Below are positions 36,501-50,767 of a stretch of 64,000 bases of DNA, in pieces. Every line of letters begins with the position of its first letter. Position 1 is the first letter of the stretch. A program made the position numbers and the translations under genes. The notes below the pieces were generated by a model, which saw nothing but the letters and a program-made list of their open reading frames with translations, had not been told where the DNA came from and searched no databases. Source of the DNA: Laetmonice hystrix (taxonomy: Eukaryota). The stretch is from the NCBI GenBank assembly GCA_965235115.1, contig OZ249447.1, positions 7,750,001 through 7,814,000 of the forward strand, read 5' to 3'.

Positions 36501-37071
36501 ACGCGTTATCGATCAGAGGAAGCCGTGCAGCTTACAAATATATCCATATTTGCAAGCCTCCGAAAAACACCGTCTTGCTAATTGACAATAGTAACGTGCC
36601 TTCTATATAGGTTAAACAGCTAGTCGATACGTGCAGGCCCATCACATGCCACACTTGGGATGAGGAACATTAGGAAGCCGCCGATATTCTCAAAGATATT
36701 GCTCGCTCGATTGTGCGGAAATAACGATAAAATAACACGTTTCCGCGGGAGATAACGATGCTCCGTTTCGAGACAAACCACACTCACACTTCTGCTTACG
36801 TGCGTGGGAACCCCACAGAACCACGGCAGCTAGGCAATCAATACCACATCGTTTTATGAACCGAATTGTATCTTTTGATTGGCCGCCGTCTAGCTGGCAT
36901 CTAGGATTTTTAATTCAAATAGCAATATAGGACTGTTATTGCATCGAGTCGAATAGTCCACTTATTGAAACTCTTGTATTGCTTTGTGATGGAATCACTC
37001 ATCTTTAAACTGTAGTATAGTATGAAGGCGTAATGGTCACATAAAAGATATTTGACGAGTGTTTGTCCTTG

Positions 37072-38180
37072 CTGACGCATTCCTCCTCACTGCTTGTCCT
37101 GCAGTCAAACTTTAGTTGGCATTCCTCCTCACTGCTTGTCCTGCAGTCAAACTTTAGTTGGCATTCCTGCTCACTGCTTGTCCTGCAGTCAAACTTTAGT
37201 TGGCATTCCTGCTCACTGCTTGTCCTGCAGTCAAACTTTAGTTGGCATTCCTGCTCACTGCTTGTCCTGCAGTCAAACTTTAGTTCGCATTCCTCCGTCC
37301 CCCTCACTGCTTGTCCTGCAGTCAAACTTTAGTTGGCATTCCTGCTCACTGCTTGTCCTGCAGTCAAACTTTAGTTGGCATTCCTGCTCACTGCTTGTCC
37401 TGCAGTCAAACTTTAGTTGGCATTCCTGCTCACTGCTTGTCCTGCAGTCAAACTTTAGTTGGCATTCCTGCTCACTGCTTGTCCTGCAGTCAAACTTTAG
37501 TTGGCATTCCTGCTCACTGCTTGTCCTGCAGTCAAACTTTAGTTGGCATTCCTCCGTCCCCCTCACTGCTTGTCCTGCAGTCAAACTTTAGTTGGCATTC
37601 CTCCTCACTGCTTGTCCTGCAGTCAAACTTTAGCTGGCATTCTTCCTCACTGCTTGTCCTGCAGTCAAACTTTAGTTGGCATTCCTCCTCACTGCTTGTC
37701 CTGCAGTCAAACTTTAGTTGGCATTCCTCCTCACTGCTTGTCCTGCAGTCAAACTTTAGTTGGCATTCCTCCTCACTGCTTGTCCTGCAGTCAAACTTTA
37801 GTTGGCATTCCTCCTCACTGCTTGTCCTGCAGTCAAACTTTAGCTGGCATTCTTCCTCACTGCTTGTCCTGCAGTCAAACTTTAGTTGGCATTCCTGCTC
37901 GCTGCTTGTCCTGCAGTCAAACTTTAGTTGGCATTCCTGCTCGCTGCTTGTCCTGCAGTCAAACTTTAGTTGGCATTCCTCCTCACTGCTTGTCCTGCAG
38001 TCAAACTTTAGTTGGCATTCTTCCTCACTGCTTGTCCTGCAGTCAAACTTTAGTTGGCATTCCTCCTCACTGCTTGTCCTGCAGTCAAACTTTAGTTGGC
38101 ATTCCTGCTCGCTGCTTGTCCTGCAGTCAAACTTTAGTTCGCATTCCTCCTCACTGCTTGTCCTGCAGTCAAACTTTAGT
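37072..38180. repeat. Minisatellite, 42-bp unit, about 26 copies
   Basis: Unit ctcactgcttgtcctgcagtcaaactttagttggcattcctg; two copies carry a cgtcccc insertion. Confidence 0.95.
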
Positions 38181-40757
38181 TCTGTAGTTTCCTGGAATAT
38201 TTGTTTTCTTGGTCATCTCCAGTTAATTTGATACTCTTGTGGTTCGCGTGTTCTTTAAGTGTGTTCTTGATGATTGCGTTTCTGTTCGCACATGTTTTGA
38301 TCGGTTCTCTTTGTCGGCTATTTCTTTATGCTTTTTTTTCCAGGAACATCTTCAGCGTTGTTTGATGAGAATAACTCTTGATCAATACCACACGGAAAAT
38401 GTTGTTACATCAGAAACACAACTTCGGAAGTAACATTTGCTTCCTCTGAGATGTCTTAGGAAGGATACAGGCCAGGTGGTGCACTGAACACCATATAGAT
38501 CTATTATCCTAGTAGAAAAGCTGTGCTCGTCATGTATAAGGGACGCTACCATAGTATTATATTTGATACATTACATTCAAATAACCCTTAACGTTTCGCT
38601 GTCCTCGTGGCGGCCATAGAAGCCGTGGAACCATAGAGACAAGTTATTTTACAGAGGCTGCGGCATGTGTCAGATGCAGCGCCAGTGTGCCCCAAGTGTG
38701 GCCAAACGTTGCTTCCCAAATGCCAACGGAACCCTCGCCTCTCATTGTTAATTCATGGCCCGTTTTATCGAAAGAAAAACTCCCAATTACCAGCCTATAC
38801 CGACTTATCAACATCAAACGTTCAATTCTTTCAAACCGTTCCCTGGCGGGGATTAGACACTTCAACCTCTCTTTCCGTATATTTGGATATACTATATTCG
38901 TTTATTTATATATTTTTGATCTTACCTATTGGTTGATGACCTCAAATTCGCCAAATTTGTGAGCTTATGAAAGCACTTTAATATTGCTCTTAACCTTGTC
39001 ATTAACTGAAAAAGAAGTCTCGCAGTTGTTTTCCATTCTATGACGCTGTTGGACTGAAACATTTATGAGAGTTATGATGCTTCGAAATGACTTTCCTTAA
39101 ATAAGGGCACGAATCTTATTTCATCTTGTTGTGCCTCCATAAAATATTTCCAACTATTTGGTTACAGTTTCTGCATCTAAATTAACTGTTTCCTTATTTT
39201 TCAATCCTTCCTTTATACACCGCTCACAGGCCAGAGGGGTACAATTCTCATCGGCGCACTATGTTATGTTGGATATCTCGCAATCCAGTTCAAACTACCC
39301 AGTCCAAGAAAACGTCCCTTGTCGGAAGTAATGTTATATGAGAATGACGAGCGAAAAATGCCAGCATGTATAAGAATATAACAATTTTAGTAGTTAGGTT
39401 ATGTCCTTGAAGTCACTACAGATCCAGGTACCGTTTCTAAGAGACCAGCCTCTGCAGTTAACTCGGTGCAATGCGTGATTTTATGTGGATCCGTGCGTGG
39501 GCTGAATAAAGGTGTACAAACAGAAGTGACTACGATCCGATACGATCTTTCACTGACAACAGCCAAACTTTCCTTCAGAAGGGTCAGGAGTTCTCTCTGT
39601 TCTGCTGACCTTCGCTAAGGAAAGCAGAAGAGCAGCAAAATGGACGAATGGGACCGTTGATTATTTATCTGTTTGAGATGACCCGCACGAGTCAACCAAT
39701 GTCCCTGGCGGCTGTTTACACACTATCAATGCCTCACGAGATGGCGCTGTCAAAGGGACCTCATAAGGTCACTGTCAGAATACGGTTTCCTCAATTACGC
39801 CTCATCTGCGTGCCATGTTTGCGGGAGAGTACACATAGCCAGTAATGTGGCGTCTTCACTCTGAATTTATATTACGGTGGATCACGCGCAGACTGTCTTC
39901 TGGGACGGTCAATGGGACATAGCGGAAAAATTATGTCGTGTTCGATATCGATCCCTCCGGAACACATAGATGGTGTGACATGAACATGTCGACTGCTGCA
40001 TACTCATTGACCTACTTCTATAGAGACCTCATTACTAACAATCCCATTCCATACTCATAGTTCTCAGAATATTTACAAGGCTTTGGAACTCTCGCAGAAA
40101 ACAATTAAAAAATAAAAATAATAATAAGTAAAGATTTTAGACTAATCGTAATAATATATTATAGGCCTAAAACATTAGGCACAGTGCTCGAACGGTAGAG
40201 TCTCTAAATATTTGTGGCGATATGGAATACCGGGTAACTTCCCCACAAAACTTTTGGGCAGGGGTTCGGGTTAAGGTCAGGGATAGGGATAGGATAGGGA
40301 TATGTTTTTGGCAGGTGTAGGAACCGGGGTTAGGGATAACGTCAGGGCTGTGGACCTTTAGTTTTGATCAGATTTCGTGGGGTTTAAGTTATCATGGGTG
40401 ATGTAGCGGCCAACCCCTACAGTGTGAGGCGATGTCTGTGAGCTCAGTGGTTGGGACGAGCCAACAAGTCGGGAATACCATACGGTAATGTGTTCGTTAC
40501 CTCTCAGTGTATGCTGGCCGTCATACGTGACAACATGACACTGATTGCATTAGCCACACAGACAGTAGCCTGAGTAGAGTTCATGAAAAGAAAAAAACAC
40601 AACACCACCTGAGATTCGTCGCTCCTTAGAATGCTTACTGCCTGCGTCACCAGGGGATAATCAACACTTCTATTCTGGGTGTAGAAAATTGCATATTTGT
40701 AGGCCATACCGACCACTGACTGAAGTACCTTTAACAATACAGTGGGACAGAAATTAT

Positions 40758-40923
40758 NNNNNNNNNNNNNNNNNNNNNNNNNNNNNNNNNNNNNNNNNNN
40801 NNNNNNNNNNNNNNNNNNNNNNNNNNNNNNNNNNNNNNNNNNNNNNNNNNNNNNNNNNNNNNNNNNNNNNNNNNNNNNNNNNNNNNNNNNNNNNNNNNNN
40901 NNNNNNNNNNNNNNNNNNNNNNN
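40758..40923. other. Assembly gap (166 N)
   Basis: Run of N. Confidence 1.
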
Positions 40924-41511
40924 CCGGCCCCAAGATTACTGCACCCATTCGCATAGCATATCGAATACACCAGCCGATGAACATTTGTTTATGCTGATTG
41001 TTTTTGTGGATGTAAAGAAAACTCTGGTTGTCAAATCTTTAGATCGACATACATCGAGTACAGAGTCTATTGGCGTTACTATAAAAAAAAATGGCCCTTT
41101 TGATAGATTGCCTCAGTCCCCTATCAGATAAGGAATTAATAATGTTCTTAATAATGTTCTCCTCATTAATCTTTTGGTGTAGGTGTGTATGTGTGAACAC
41201 AACCAGTGCTGTATAGTTATCTTCCACCCTCCAGTGCTGGTCGGCTTGTGAAGGCGATGTGTGGGGGCCTCTTACAGTCGTGCCTGGGGCAGCCCTGCTC
41301 CTAGTGAAGTGATAATTACATTATTTATGAAAGGATCAGGGCCGGAGAAGCAGCGACAAAGGTTAATGTGCAGTGGCCACAGGGTGGTCCTTACCGGATA
41401 CCAAGCGAAAGATGAGACAAATGATAGGAGTAATACTTCCGGGTGGTTTTGTAGAGGGTCTAAAGCTCAGATATTGAAACAAGGGCACGGAGGCACCATG
41501 GAATCCATAGT

Positions 41512-41513
<2 letters not shown>

Positions 41514-41561
<48 letters not shown>

Positions 41562-42650
41562 CAGACAGAGCAGAGAGACAAAGACTGGGCAGTGTAGAGG
41601 CGGATAGTGTGCAGTGCAGAGACAGAGTGTGCAGTGTAGAGGCGGATAGTGTGCAGTGTACAGGCAGAAAGTGTGCAGTGTAGAGGCGGATAGTGTGCAG
41701 TGTAGAGGCAGAGTGTGCAGTGTAGAGGCAGAGAGTGTGCAGTGTAGAGGCAGAGAGTGTGCAGTGTAGAGGCAGAGAGTGTGCAGTATAGAGGCAGAGA
41801 GTGTGCAGTGTAGATGCGCGGATAGTGTGCAGTGTAGAGGCAGACATTGTGCAATGTAGAGGTAGAGAGTGTGCAGTGTAGAGGCAGAGAGTGTGTAGTG
41901 TAGAGGTAGAGAGTGTGCAGTGTAGAGGTAGAGTGTGCAGTGTAGAGGCAGAGAGTGCAGTTTAGAGGTAGAGTGTGCAGTGTAGGGGAAGAGAGTGTGC
42001 AGTGTAGAGGCGGATAGTGTGCAGTGTAGAGGCAGTGACTGTGCAGTGTAGAGGTAGAGAGTGTGCAGTGTAGAGGTAGAGTGTGCAGTGTAGGGGCAGA
42101 GCGTGTGCAGTGTAGAGGCGGATAGTGTGCAGTGTAGAGACAGTGACTGTGCAGTGTAGAGGTAGAGTGTGCAGTGTAGAGGTAGAGAGTGTGCAGTGTC
42201 GAGGTAGAGTGTGCAGTGTAGAGGCAGAGTGTGCAGTGTAGAGGCAGAGAGTGTGCAGTGTAGAGGTAGAGAGTGTGCAGTGTAGAGGTAGAGAGTGTGC
42301 AGTGTAGAGGTAGAGAGTGTGCAGTGTAGAGGCGAATAGTGTGCAGTGTAGAGGCAGAGAGTGTGCAGTGTAGAGGCGGAGAGTGTGCAGTGTAGAGGTA
42401 GAGAGTGTGCAGTGTAGAGGTAGAGAGTGTGCAGTGTAGAGGTAGAGAGTGTGCAGTGTAGAGGCGAATAGTGTGCAGTGTAGAGGCAGAGAGTGTGCAG
42501 TGTAGAGGCGGAGAGTGTGCAGTGTAGAGGTAGAGAGTGTGCAGTGTAGAGGTAGAGAGTGTGCGGTGTAGAGGTAGAGAGTGTGCAGTGTAGAGGTAGA
42601 GAGTGTGCAGTGTAGAGGTAGAGAGTGTGCAGTGTAGAGGCGGAGAGGCT
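41514..42650. repeat. (AG)n/(AGAC)n microsatellite grading into a 20-24-bp minisatellite (gtgtgcagtgtagaggcagaga)
   Basis: Directly visible; strongly purine-biased on the plus strand. Confidence 0.95.
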
Positions 42651-42909
42651 GTGCAATGTTAAGCGAGAGAAGAACCGTGGATACCTCCTCCCACAATCAG
42701 GTTTTATTTCCATCCACGCCAACAAACACCCAATATATTTGATGGATGATAAAGAGACGCATCCAGATCGCTATACTCAGATTACGTTTATCTCAAGCAA
42801 AACAGACCCGTGTCTCTTTCATTATCATTTCCTTCACGCCTCTCATTCATGAATTATAAGCCAGGAAATATTTTCCAGTAATCGCCATGTAAGTTGTGTA
42901 TGGTCTTAA

Positions 42910-43172
42910 AGGGGCACACTTGGGAGAATCCCACTTTCGGACGGCTTTTGAATCATTTATGAGGCATTCTATAGTTAAATGCAAAGCATAACAAATTTGG
43001 GTGAAAACCGTTGTCTTGACCTTCCAACAGGGCCACGCCCCCTCTACAATGCTTAACTACTGAATTTCGGTGTACACAGAAATTCACTTTGGGAGCGGCC
43101 TGTGGCTTGATTACAGGCTAACCAACGCTAAATATAAGAAAAACACAAAGTCAGTCGACGAATTGTTCCCCT
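42910..43172. mobile_element. Short element with TTAA flanks and AGGGGCACA..TGTTCCCCT termini (Kolobok-like MITE)
   Basis: ttaa|aggggcaca at 42906-42918 and tgttcccct|ttaa at 43164-43176. Confidence 0.65.
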
Positions 43173-43477
43173 TTAAAGCATGCCCCTTGCAACCGCATGC
43201 ATGACATCAACATTACAACCGTGTTTGGAAACGGAAATTTTCCTACACATCAGTCCTTTTGAAGAAGACCAGAGAAGTCAGAAAAGCAATACAGGTCCAA
43301 CCGCTGGCAGGGCCTAACGTAGTCAGCAGTCACCCAAAGTATCTTCATGTGAAGCACTGCACTAAAGCTCACACTCGTGCAGCATCGTCAATCACTGAGC
43401 AAACAGCCACGGCATACCACAACGCACTCTGTGGTGTTGTCTCAATGTTAGTATTGCATGATTGTTATCTGGCCTTC

Positions 43478-44336
43478 TACAAAAACTCCCCATCAAACAC
43501 GGAAATACTAATACAGGACCGCAAACAGCTGCAGGTTAACGTTCACAAAAACTCCCCATCGAACACGGAAATACTAATACACGACCACAAACAGCTGCAG
43601 GTTAACGTTCACAAAAACTCCCCATCAAACACGGAAATACTAATACACGACCGCAAACAGCTGCAGGTTAACGTTCACAAAAACTCCCCATCGAACACGG
43701 AAATACTAATACACGACCGCAAACAGCTGCAGGTTAACGTTCACAAAAACTCCCCATCGAACACGGAAATACTAATACACGACCGCAAACAGCTGCAGGT
43801 TAACGTTCACAAAAACTCCCCATCAAACACGGAAATACTAATACACCACCGCAAACAGCTGCAGGTTAACGTTCACAAAAACTCCCCATCGAACACGGAA
43901 ATACTAATACACGACCGCAAACAGCTGCAGGTTAACGTTCACAAAAACTCCCCATCGAACACGGAAATACTAATACACGACCGCAAACAGCTGCAGGTTA
44001 ACGTTCACAAAAACTCCCCATCAAACACGGAAATACTAATACACGACCGCAAACAGCTGCAGGTTAACGTTCACAAAAACTCCCCATCAAACACGGAAAT
44101 ACTAATACACGACCGCAAACAGCTGCAGGTTAACGTTCACAAAAACTCCCCATCAAACACGGAAATACTAATACACGACCGCAAACAGCTGCAGGTTAAC
44201 GTTCACAAAAACTCCCCATCAAACACGGAAATACTAATACACGACCGCAAACAGCTGCAGGTTAACGTTCACAAAAACTCCCCATCAAAAACGGAAATAC
44301 TAATACACGACTGCCAACAGCTGCAGGTTAACGTTT
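43478..44336. repeat. Minisatellite, 66-bp unit, about 13 copies
   Basis: Unit cacaaaaactccccatcaaacacggaaatactaatacacgaccgcaaacagctgcaggttaacgtt. Confidence 0.95.
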
Positions 44337-47300
44337 AAACTTTGAACGCCCTAACCACTCCCCCCTACACTTTCTCCCAAATCTTGAAATGCCTTGTACA
44401 AATCAAAATGTAATATTTTGATGGATATGATATGGCTTCTGATTACAGGTTGAGATTTGTCTATACAAAATCCTGCTTCAAACTGCAGTCGTGTAGTAGC
44501 TCTCCCTTTACTGATGTCGAGTAAATACAATCTCCAGTTTCATCGTTTGACTCTTTCCACATTATACATATTTCATTTGTATGCACGTTTCATTTTTCCA
44601 GGCACTTATAGGTCTTGAAAAAGACGACAGTAAGGGCAGTAACAGTAATCCATCAAATTATTTCCTTGGCGAGTAGAAAAACGCTTCTCTCCTGAGTTTC
44701 GACTCGGGTCTTCTCCATATTTCCCTATATAATTCATACTGGAGCCTTGAATGCAGATGAACCACGTTACATTGCAGCAGTAGCTGATTCACTTATTGGC
44801 TACGACCTTGGTCTTCAGCGGACGGAACCAGACAGGATATCCGGTACGCTGACATGCCGGAAGCAGCAGTTAGACAATTTTTATTTTGACGTACCATCAC
44901 GTCACGTAAACCAGGTACTTACCCAGCCGACATTTACAAAATGCATACGCTTTCATATTTTATGCCCTAGGTAACGCACTCGTTTGTAAGTGGCAGCATA
45001 CTTTTTGTGTTCGCAGTTGAATCATGCTAAAAGCCACACAGAATAAAGTCATTGGATCGTACCTTGGAAATAACCTGGGAAAGGTTCATGGGGAGAAAGG
45101 ACATGGCCAGATCCTGGCGAGGATTTAGATATATTTGGACACAATTGTGAGCAATTTCACACTACACTGGATGGCATCCCGCATAACCCGCCAGACTTTG
45201 GCGCATGAATACACAGACACGTACTAGGTGGTACTTTGTCCTTCCATCCCCGGTGACGATAGCACCGAACACGACACCGCGTCCATCAGGCTATTACAAA
45301 GCAAGTTCGTGCGCGTGCTGTGATTACATAGAGTACTCGTGCTTCTACCGATAAAAGCTCAAAATGAAGTCACTTTTTGCTTGGAAGGCGCGCATTCTGC
45401 CCGTCATGTTTGCAAACCTGACAACAACACAGCTGGAGACGTGCCAAATGCCTAAAATACCCGGATGCAGAGAAAGGGTGTGGTATTTCGTGGTTGGTTT
45501 CGTGGTATTAGCGAACCGTGGGGATTATTGTGAGATGGACCGCGGCATTCCTTGCGAACCAAGTCGGACATCGACCACCATCAGACAATAATATTTGGTC
45601 AGAGACTATTCATCCACTGTGCTCACATCGACATTAAAATACATCCCCACTTTCTCGTCCCAATAACAATCCTTCAAACGCTGTTCACTTCGTACTGGTT
45701 TTACATGTCAAATAGAAAGCAATGATTGGAAAGAACCCTTCACTGTAGCGGTCTACATCTTATGACGGCTCTAGAGAGGTCAAAAGGCTGTACACTATAT
45801 CAGCTTGATGCAGTGAGAAAATAAAGAAATGTCTAGATCTGATATTCAAACATTCATTTGATTTAGATAATAAAACATGCATGGTTATTTCATATCAAAG
45901 ACCACAAAAACCCGCCAGCGTTCCTAAATCACATTAGATATACCATATAAATTTAATCAGCAATACCGTACGGATAAAACGTTTAATTATAAATACATTA
46001 TTAACTATGACTCGATGCATATGTAGGATAAATAAATCCGCTATCATCGCTCACGTCCGACTTTCAAATGCCTTTACCGTATTAACTGTCGCGGAGTAAT
46101 TTCTTCAAAGCGCTATTCACTAAGATGGCCGCTTCATATTCAGGGCCGTAGCCTGCAGGGGGCAGGGGCCAGCTGTCCCCTGGGATTTCATGTTTTTAAT
46201 GGAATCCCCAATATTAATAGTGTTAGCGGCCTAGCATATGCCTATATACTTACTAGTTTCTTAGTTTCACGGCAGTGAACAGAGTGTCGCTTTCCCCAGA
46301 ATCACAGGTCAACATCACCGTCAACTCTACACCGAATCGGAGTGGTCAAAGGTTGAACATATCAAAGCGATTCTTTGCAGTGTCATGGCGACTTCGGGGT
46401 CTTTTTTTATTTCACTGTGATTTGAATTTAGGAACCTGTTTCGAGAATCAAAGACAATCGCCTTTGTGGGTTCGCTTTTTAAACGCTCAGGGACAAGGCG
46501 AGTTGCAGTGTGTCGCCTATCTTTGAAACGTTTTGAAGAAAGTTTGTGTTGCCGTACATATCTATGTTTCCAAATAACATGAGCCAGGCGTATATTGCCG
46601 TCATTGATGCCAGTGTAATGTCCACGCCAAGCATTGGTTCCGGTGTCAGTGTCCACACGAAGGCGGCTAGTATAACGTATCCGTGTTTGCCAATCACTAA
46701 ATATTTTACCTCACTATATTTTTACCACCACAAATCATGCACTCCTCCGGTCGACTTCATATGAGCAAGTAGGGCCTATCTATACGAATTGGACGGGTGA
46801 CGCATTTAAATTCGAACTCAAGATATCTGAATCCATATTAATTAGGAAGGGGGGGGGGGTGCGCACGATTCGTTTTGGTGCGCGCGTCTAAAGCAGAAAT
46901 AGTGGAGAAATACGTGCGACGTGACAACATCTCTGACAATAATGAAAATAGGTCTTCATTACAAAATTCTATACTATCGAAGAAAATAAATGCTTCCGTT
47001 TAAGACAAGGAAGTCGTTCGGTGAATCTGGTTATTTGCAATATTCGCTGAAGTGTTCCAATGCAATCTAACACATTAGTGTTATTCTCATCGTTAGATTT
47101 CCAAGTCATTGTTGACGCTCTAACGAGAAATTGCTGGCAGTAACCTAATCGGGGCAGTATTAACGAACACTCACCTCCTTCAGTTGCCTGATTTAAAGTC
47201 TAATTAAAAGGTAATCTATTGATACCGTGGTGATCAGCAGCAAATGACGCACCAACCACTTTGACTTTCAATTAGTCGAGCCTTCTAAAACTGAGATGCC

Positions 47301-47349
47301 TTATAATCGATACCATAAAACCCTCAGTGTATGTTCTCTAGATCCTTCG

Positions 47350-47494
47350 TACACAACAATGTGTACCTGCCTAACAATGTGTACCTGCCTACACAACAAT
47401 GTGTACCTGCCTACACAACAATGTGTACCTGCCTACACAACAATGTGTACCTGCCTACACAACAATGTGTACCTGCCTACACAACAATGTGTAC
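47350..47494. repeat. 22-bp tandem repeat, about 6 copies
   Basis: Unit acacaacaatgtgtacctgcct. Confidence 0.93.
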
Positions 47495-47636
47495 CATCCG
47501 CTTACTCAAGTTTTCATCGTTAAACTCACTGGGCCTCTTTTAGATATCAATATATTATTGTTTTCTTAAAGAAGTATTCAAACTTTGCCGAGAAGAAAAC
47601 ACGCGTTCGTATCACACTGATCCATTACGATTTCAA

Positions 47637-47757
47637 TAACGTTACACGTTAAAACGTTACACGTTAAAACGTTACACGTTAAAACGTTACACATTAAAAC
47701 GTTACACGTTAAAACGTTACACGTTAAAACGTTACACGTTAAAACGTTACACGTTAA
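47637..47757. repeat. 15-bp tandem repeat, about 8 copies
   Basis: Unit ttacacgttaaaacg. Confidence 0.93.
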
Positions 47758-50599
47758 AGTCATATAGAAAATATGTCAATCAACACACACCGCACAATAA
47801 CCTGTGTCTCAATCGTAGCGCTGATGTGAACACGTTGGCATATTCTTCTCCGAAAATCCGCGAATCAGTTTAAAGAATCACTAGAAAATCGTATTCTGTA
47901 GGAACAAGGAGGAGACTTTAGCAATTATGAACAGACTGAAACACATATAAGCGTTGGCATTTTGAGGTGTCATCTCCAGGTATTTTCACACTCAACCTCT
48001 GTAGACATTTCACTCCTGCCTACATTAATCCCCCTAATTCGCCTTATTATCTGCACCCAGCCCCGACCGCCCACCGTCTGAGCCGGGGGCTGTTCGTGAC
48101 TCCTCATAATCTGGGAGGGTATAATGAGACAAGGACAACACAAGGTGACTTCCACTTCAATAAACGCTATTACGGGCGGGTCAACGGCCACGGGCTTGAG
48201 GGCAGTGACGGTACTAGCTCAGGGTGTCTCTCGACAACTAGAGGCCAGGCCCAGTGTGGGCACAACCAACCTTCAGAGAAGGCCAATATGGAAATAATTG
48301 CGTCTTAAGCATGGGAACAGCGTTGAATAGTCCATGCTTAAACGAGCAGCTTTTCATGATGTGCCAGCCATTAAGGTACCCACGTCAGTGTTACTATAGG
48401 GAGCATACAGCCTCGCCAATTGCTTATATTTTCTAATTCCTTCAACATTTCTAAACCCTCTCTATGCACTTCAGTAAGGGGTGGAATTTTGTTGTCTTAC
48501 AAACTCTAATAGCTTTCTGGCGAACCCCCCTCTCAATATCCAAACGCAGACCTATAAGGTTGTAGGGATCATTTATATGGTAGGGATCATTTATATGTAT
48601 ACCTTTTGATCCATTATTAAAGTCAGTTTCCTTAAGTCTACGTTCTTCTTTAGTCAATATCTCTACCACCTCTGCCCATTTACAGATTTCCACGGCGAGG
48701 TTGCCAAATCAGGTGCTCTCAATTTCACACGTAGAATTGGACCAACATTGCGCTCATTCACGTTGCTGCAATGTAATGGAGGCAGGGCGGTGTGGACGCC
48801 GGCCACCGGAAGTCAGCCCATTTATCACTCGCGAGACGTTTTCTCGTCAACAGTCTGGGGAGGCACGACACCATCGAGTAAGCATAATATGATCCAACAG
48901 GCCTGCCGCCCAGCGTGACTACCGCCGTTTCGCACCGCGAAGCCGCACGCATGTCGCTAGAAACACTGCTAATGCGATAAAGACTCCATTTTGCAGAATT
49001 CCATCAAGAAATGTCGCAAGGGGTGATAGAATTTACCGCATTAGAAGTCACGTGACAGGTCAATTCCCGTAGCAAGACGTGAAGAAGGCGAGATTTGGCG
49101 AGGATGCCTTGGCAGGTGTACCGTCACGAGTTAGCAGACCGAGGGTAACGGGCAAAGGTTCAAACCAAGACTGAAGACACATCGGGCTTCATTTGCCTTC
49201 CTAATTGGACGAAAGGACATCCAAGATTGAGAGTGAAAAATGCTAATTCAGGTTCTTTCGTCTCGGAAACCGCACTTTAAGAAATGAAGCAGGGCAGCTG
49301 AGACGAGCGAGCGGTATACCACTAGGAGATGGGTCTGGCGTCTTGAGGTTAAAAGCAGGAAAGAAACATTAATTTTAGAACTGGGAATTCACTTGCGAAT
49401 GCTCTCTCAGAACGGGATTTCCCGCACAAAAGGAGGAAGCGGAGATGACTATAGCAGTCCATATGATCAATCTTTCACGATTTAAATGTGTACGCTGTAT
49501 CTCTGATTTGTTTGTAGTGGAATGAATACGTACGTGTACCTTTTAGAGGCAGCTCGTACCCGTATCCTTTTGTTAATACTACCAACATTTTTATTTCGGT
49601 TATTACAGAAGGAAAAAACTTATTCTGGCTGATGCCGAACTGTGAAATATAATTATATTTCCTGATTGATAAATACGTTCTTTACAGTAGGTCTATAGTC
49701 ACTCCCATCGCGCCCAAAGCCATGTATGTGGGGGAAATCTGTATTTGCTCTAACAATCGAGGGATGAAATGGATTACTTAGAGGGGGTTCACACCTGCCT
49801 CCTATATCGCTCACCGCCGAAAAAAAACCCTAATTAAAGATAAACGCCGCGAGCGGCAATGGGCACATTAACTGTAAATGCTGCTCTTTATGCACGAGAA
49901 CTGTGTCCGTACTACATAACTTATACGTCATATTTTTATTTTACTACTTGATGATTGATGACTTTAAAGCAATTTCAAAAGGCAGTCGTTGTTAAAGGTT
50001 TGAATTCGACAAGATTTGACATTTTTATTCAGGTAATGAGGCCGATAGGGATGCCGAGATATTACAAACAACGTGAACATGAAAACCTACCAACAAGTCG
50101 GCGCCATGAGCAGACAATGGAAGAAAAGACAGTGACACGTCGCAAAGTTAACTGCAGATCACGTTTTAATGATACATAACAAGTATTTAGAATACGTCAA
50201 ATATTCATATTTCTTTCATCTCCTGTAAATATTAAGAGAGATACCTGCAGTAACCATCAATAAGACAACGTCTATACATTCATATTATGTGCATACAAAG
50301 GAAAAACTTCTTTTTTTAAAGGAAATACACATTTTTCTACTCAGTTTAAAGTCGCGGTTCTACCCACGCCTGTAACTAAGGCAATGCATTAGTTGGCTTT
50401 AGAAACATATTGTGCAGAATCTGAATCACGAAACGAAAAGAAAAGAAACAAATAAGATATTGTTTTGTAAACTTCATGGATACACTGCAGACATAAGCGT
50501 TTTGCCTATTGATATACCACATGTATTACCAGGAGCTGATATGACATATCGACTTGCGACATGCCGGGTAGGATGGAGATCAAATATGTGTGGGTAAAA

Positions 50600-50767
50600 C
50601 CGGGAATCCATGTGTCCGTAGTGCGTATTGCGTAATCAAAACAATGAAAACACGCATTACGCACTACGCACACATGGAATCACTCCAAATTGTTTTAATT
50701 GATTTTGATGAATACGCATTACGCACTACGCATCACGCCCACACTACGTATACACATGGATTCCTGG
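50600..50767. mobile_element. Small MITE with 16-bp TIRs and internal tacgca repeats
   Basis: ccgggaatccatgtgt ... acacatggattcctgg (1 mismatch); cgcattacgcactacgc occurs twice internally. Confidence 0.7.

Noticed and set aside
37005-38231. Overlapping repetitive ORFs on both strands
   Set aside because: The 42-bp minisatellite is open in several frames at once, which is typical of non-coding repeats.
40430-40500. tRNA/SINE-head-like sequence (gagctcagtggtt..gtgttcg)
   Set aside because: Too degenerate for a cloverleaf or clear A/B boxes, so it is not called as a tRNA.
41363-42725. His/Leu/Thr-rich ORFs
   Set aside because: These are translations of the low-complexity gtgtgcagtgtagagg satellite.
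43259-44338. 359-aa repetitive ORF (VHKNSPSNTEILIHDRKQLQVN)n
   Set aside because: It derives from the 66-bp minisatellite and has a non-ATG start.
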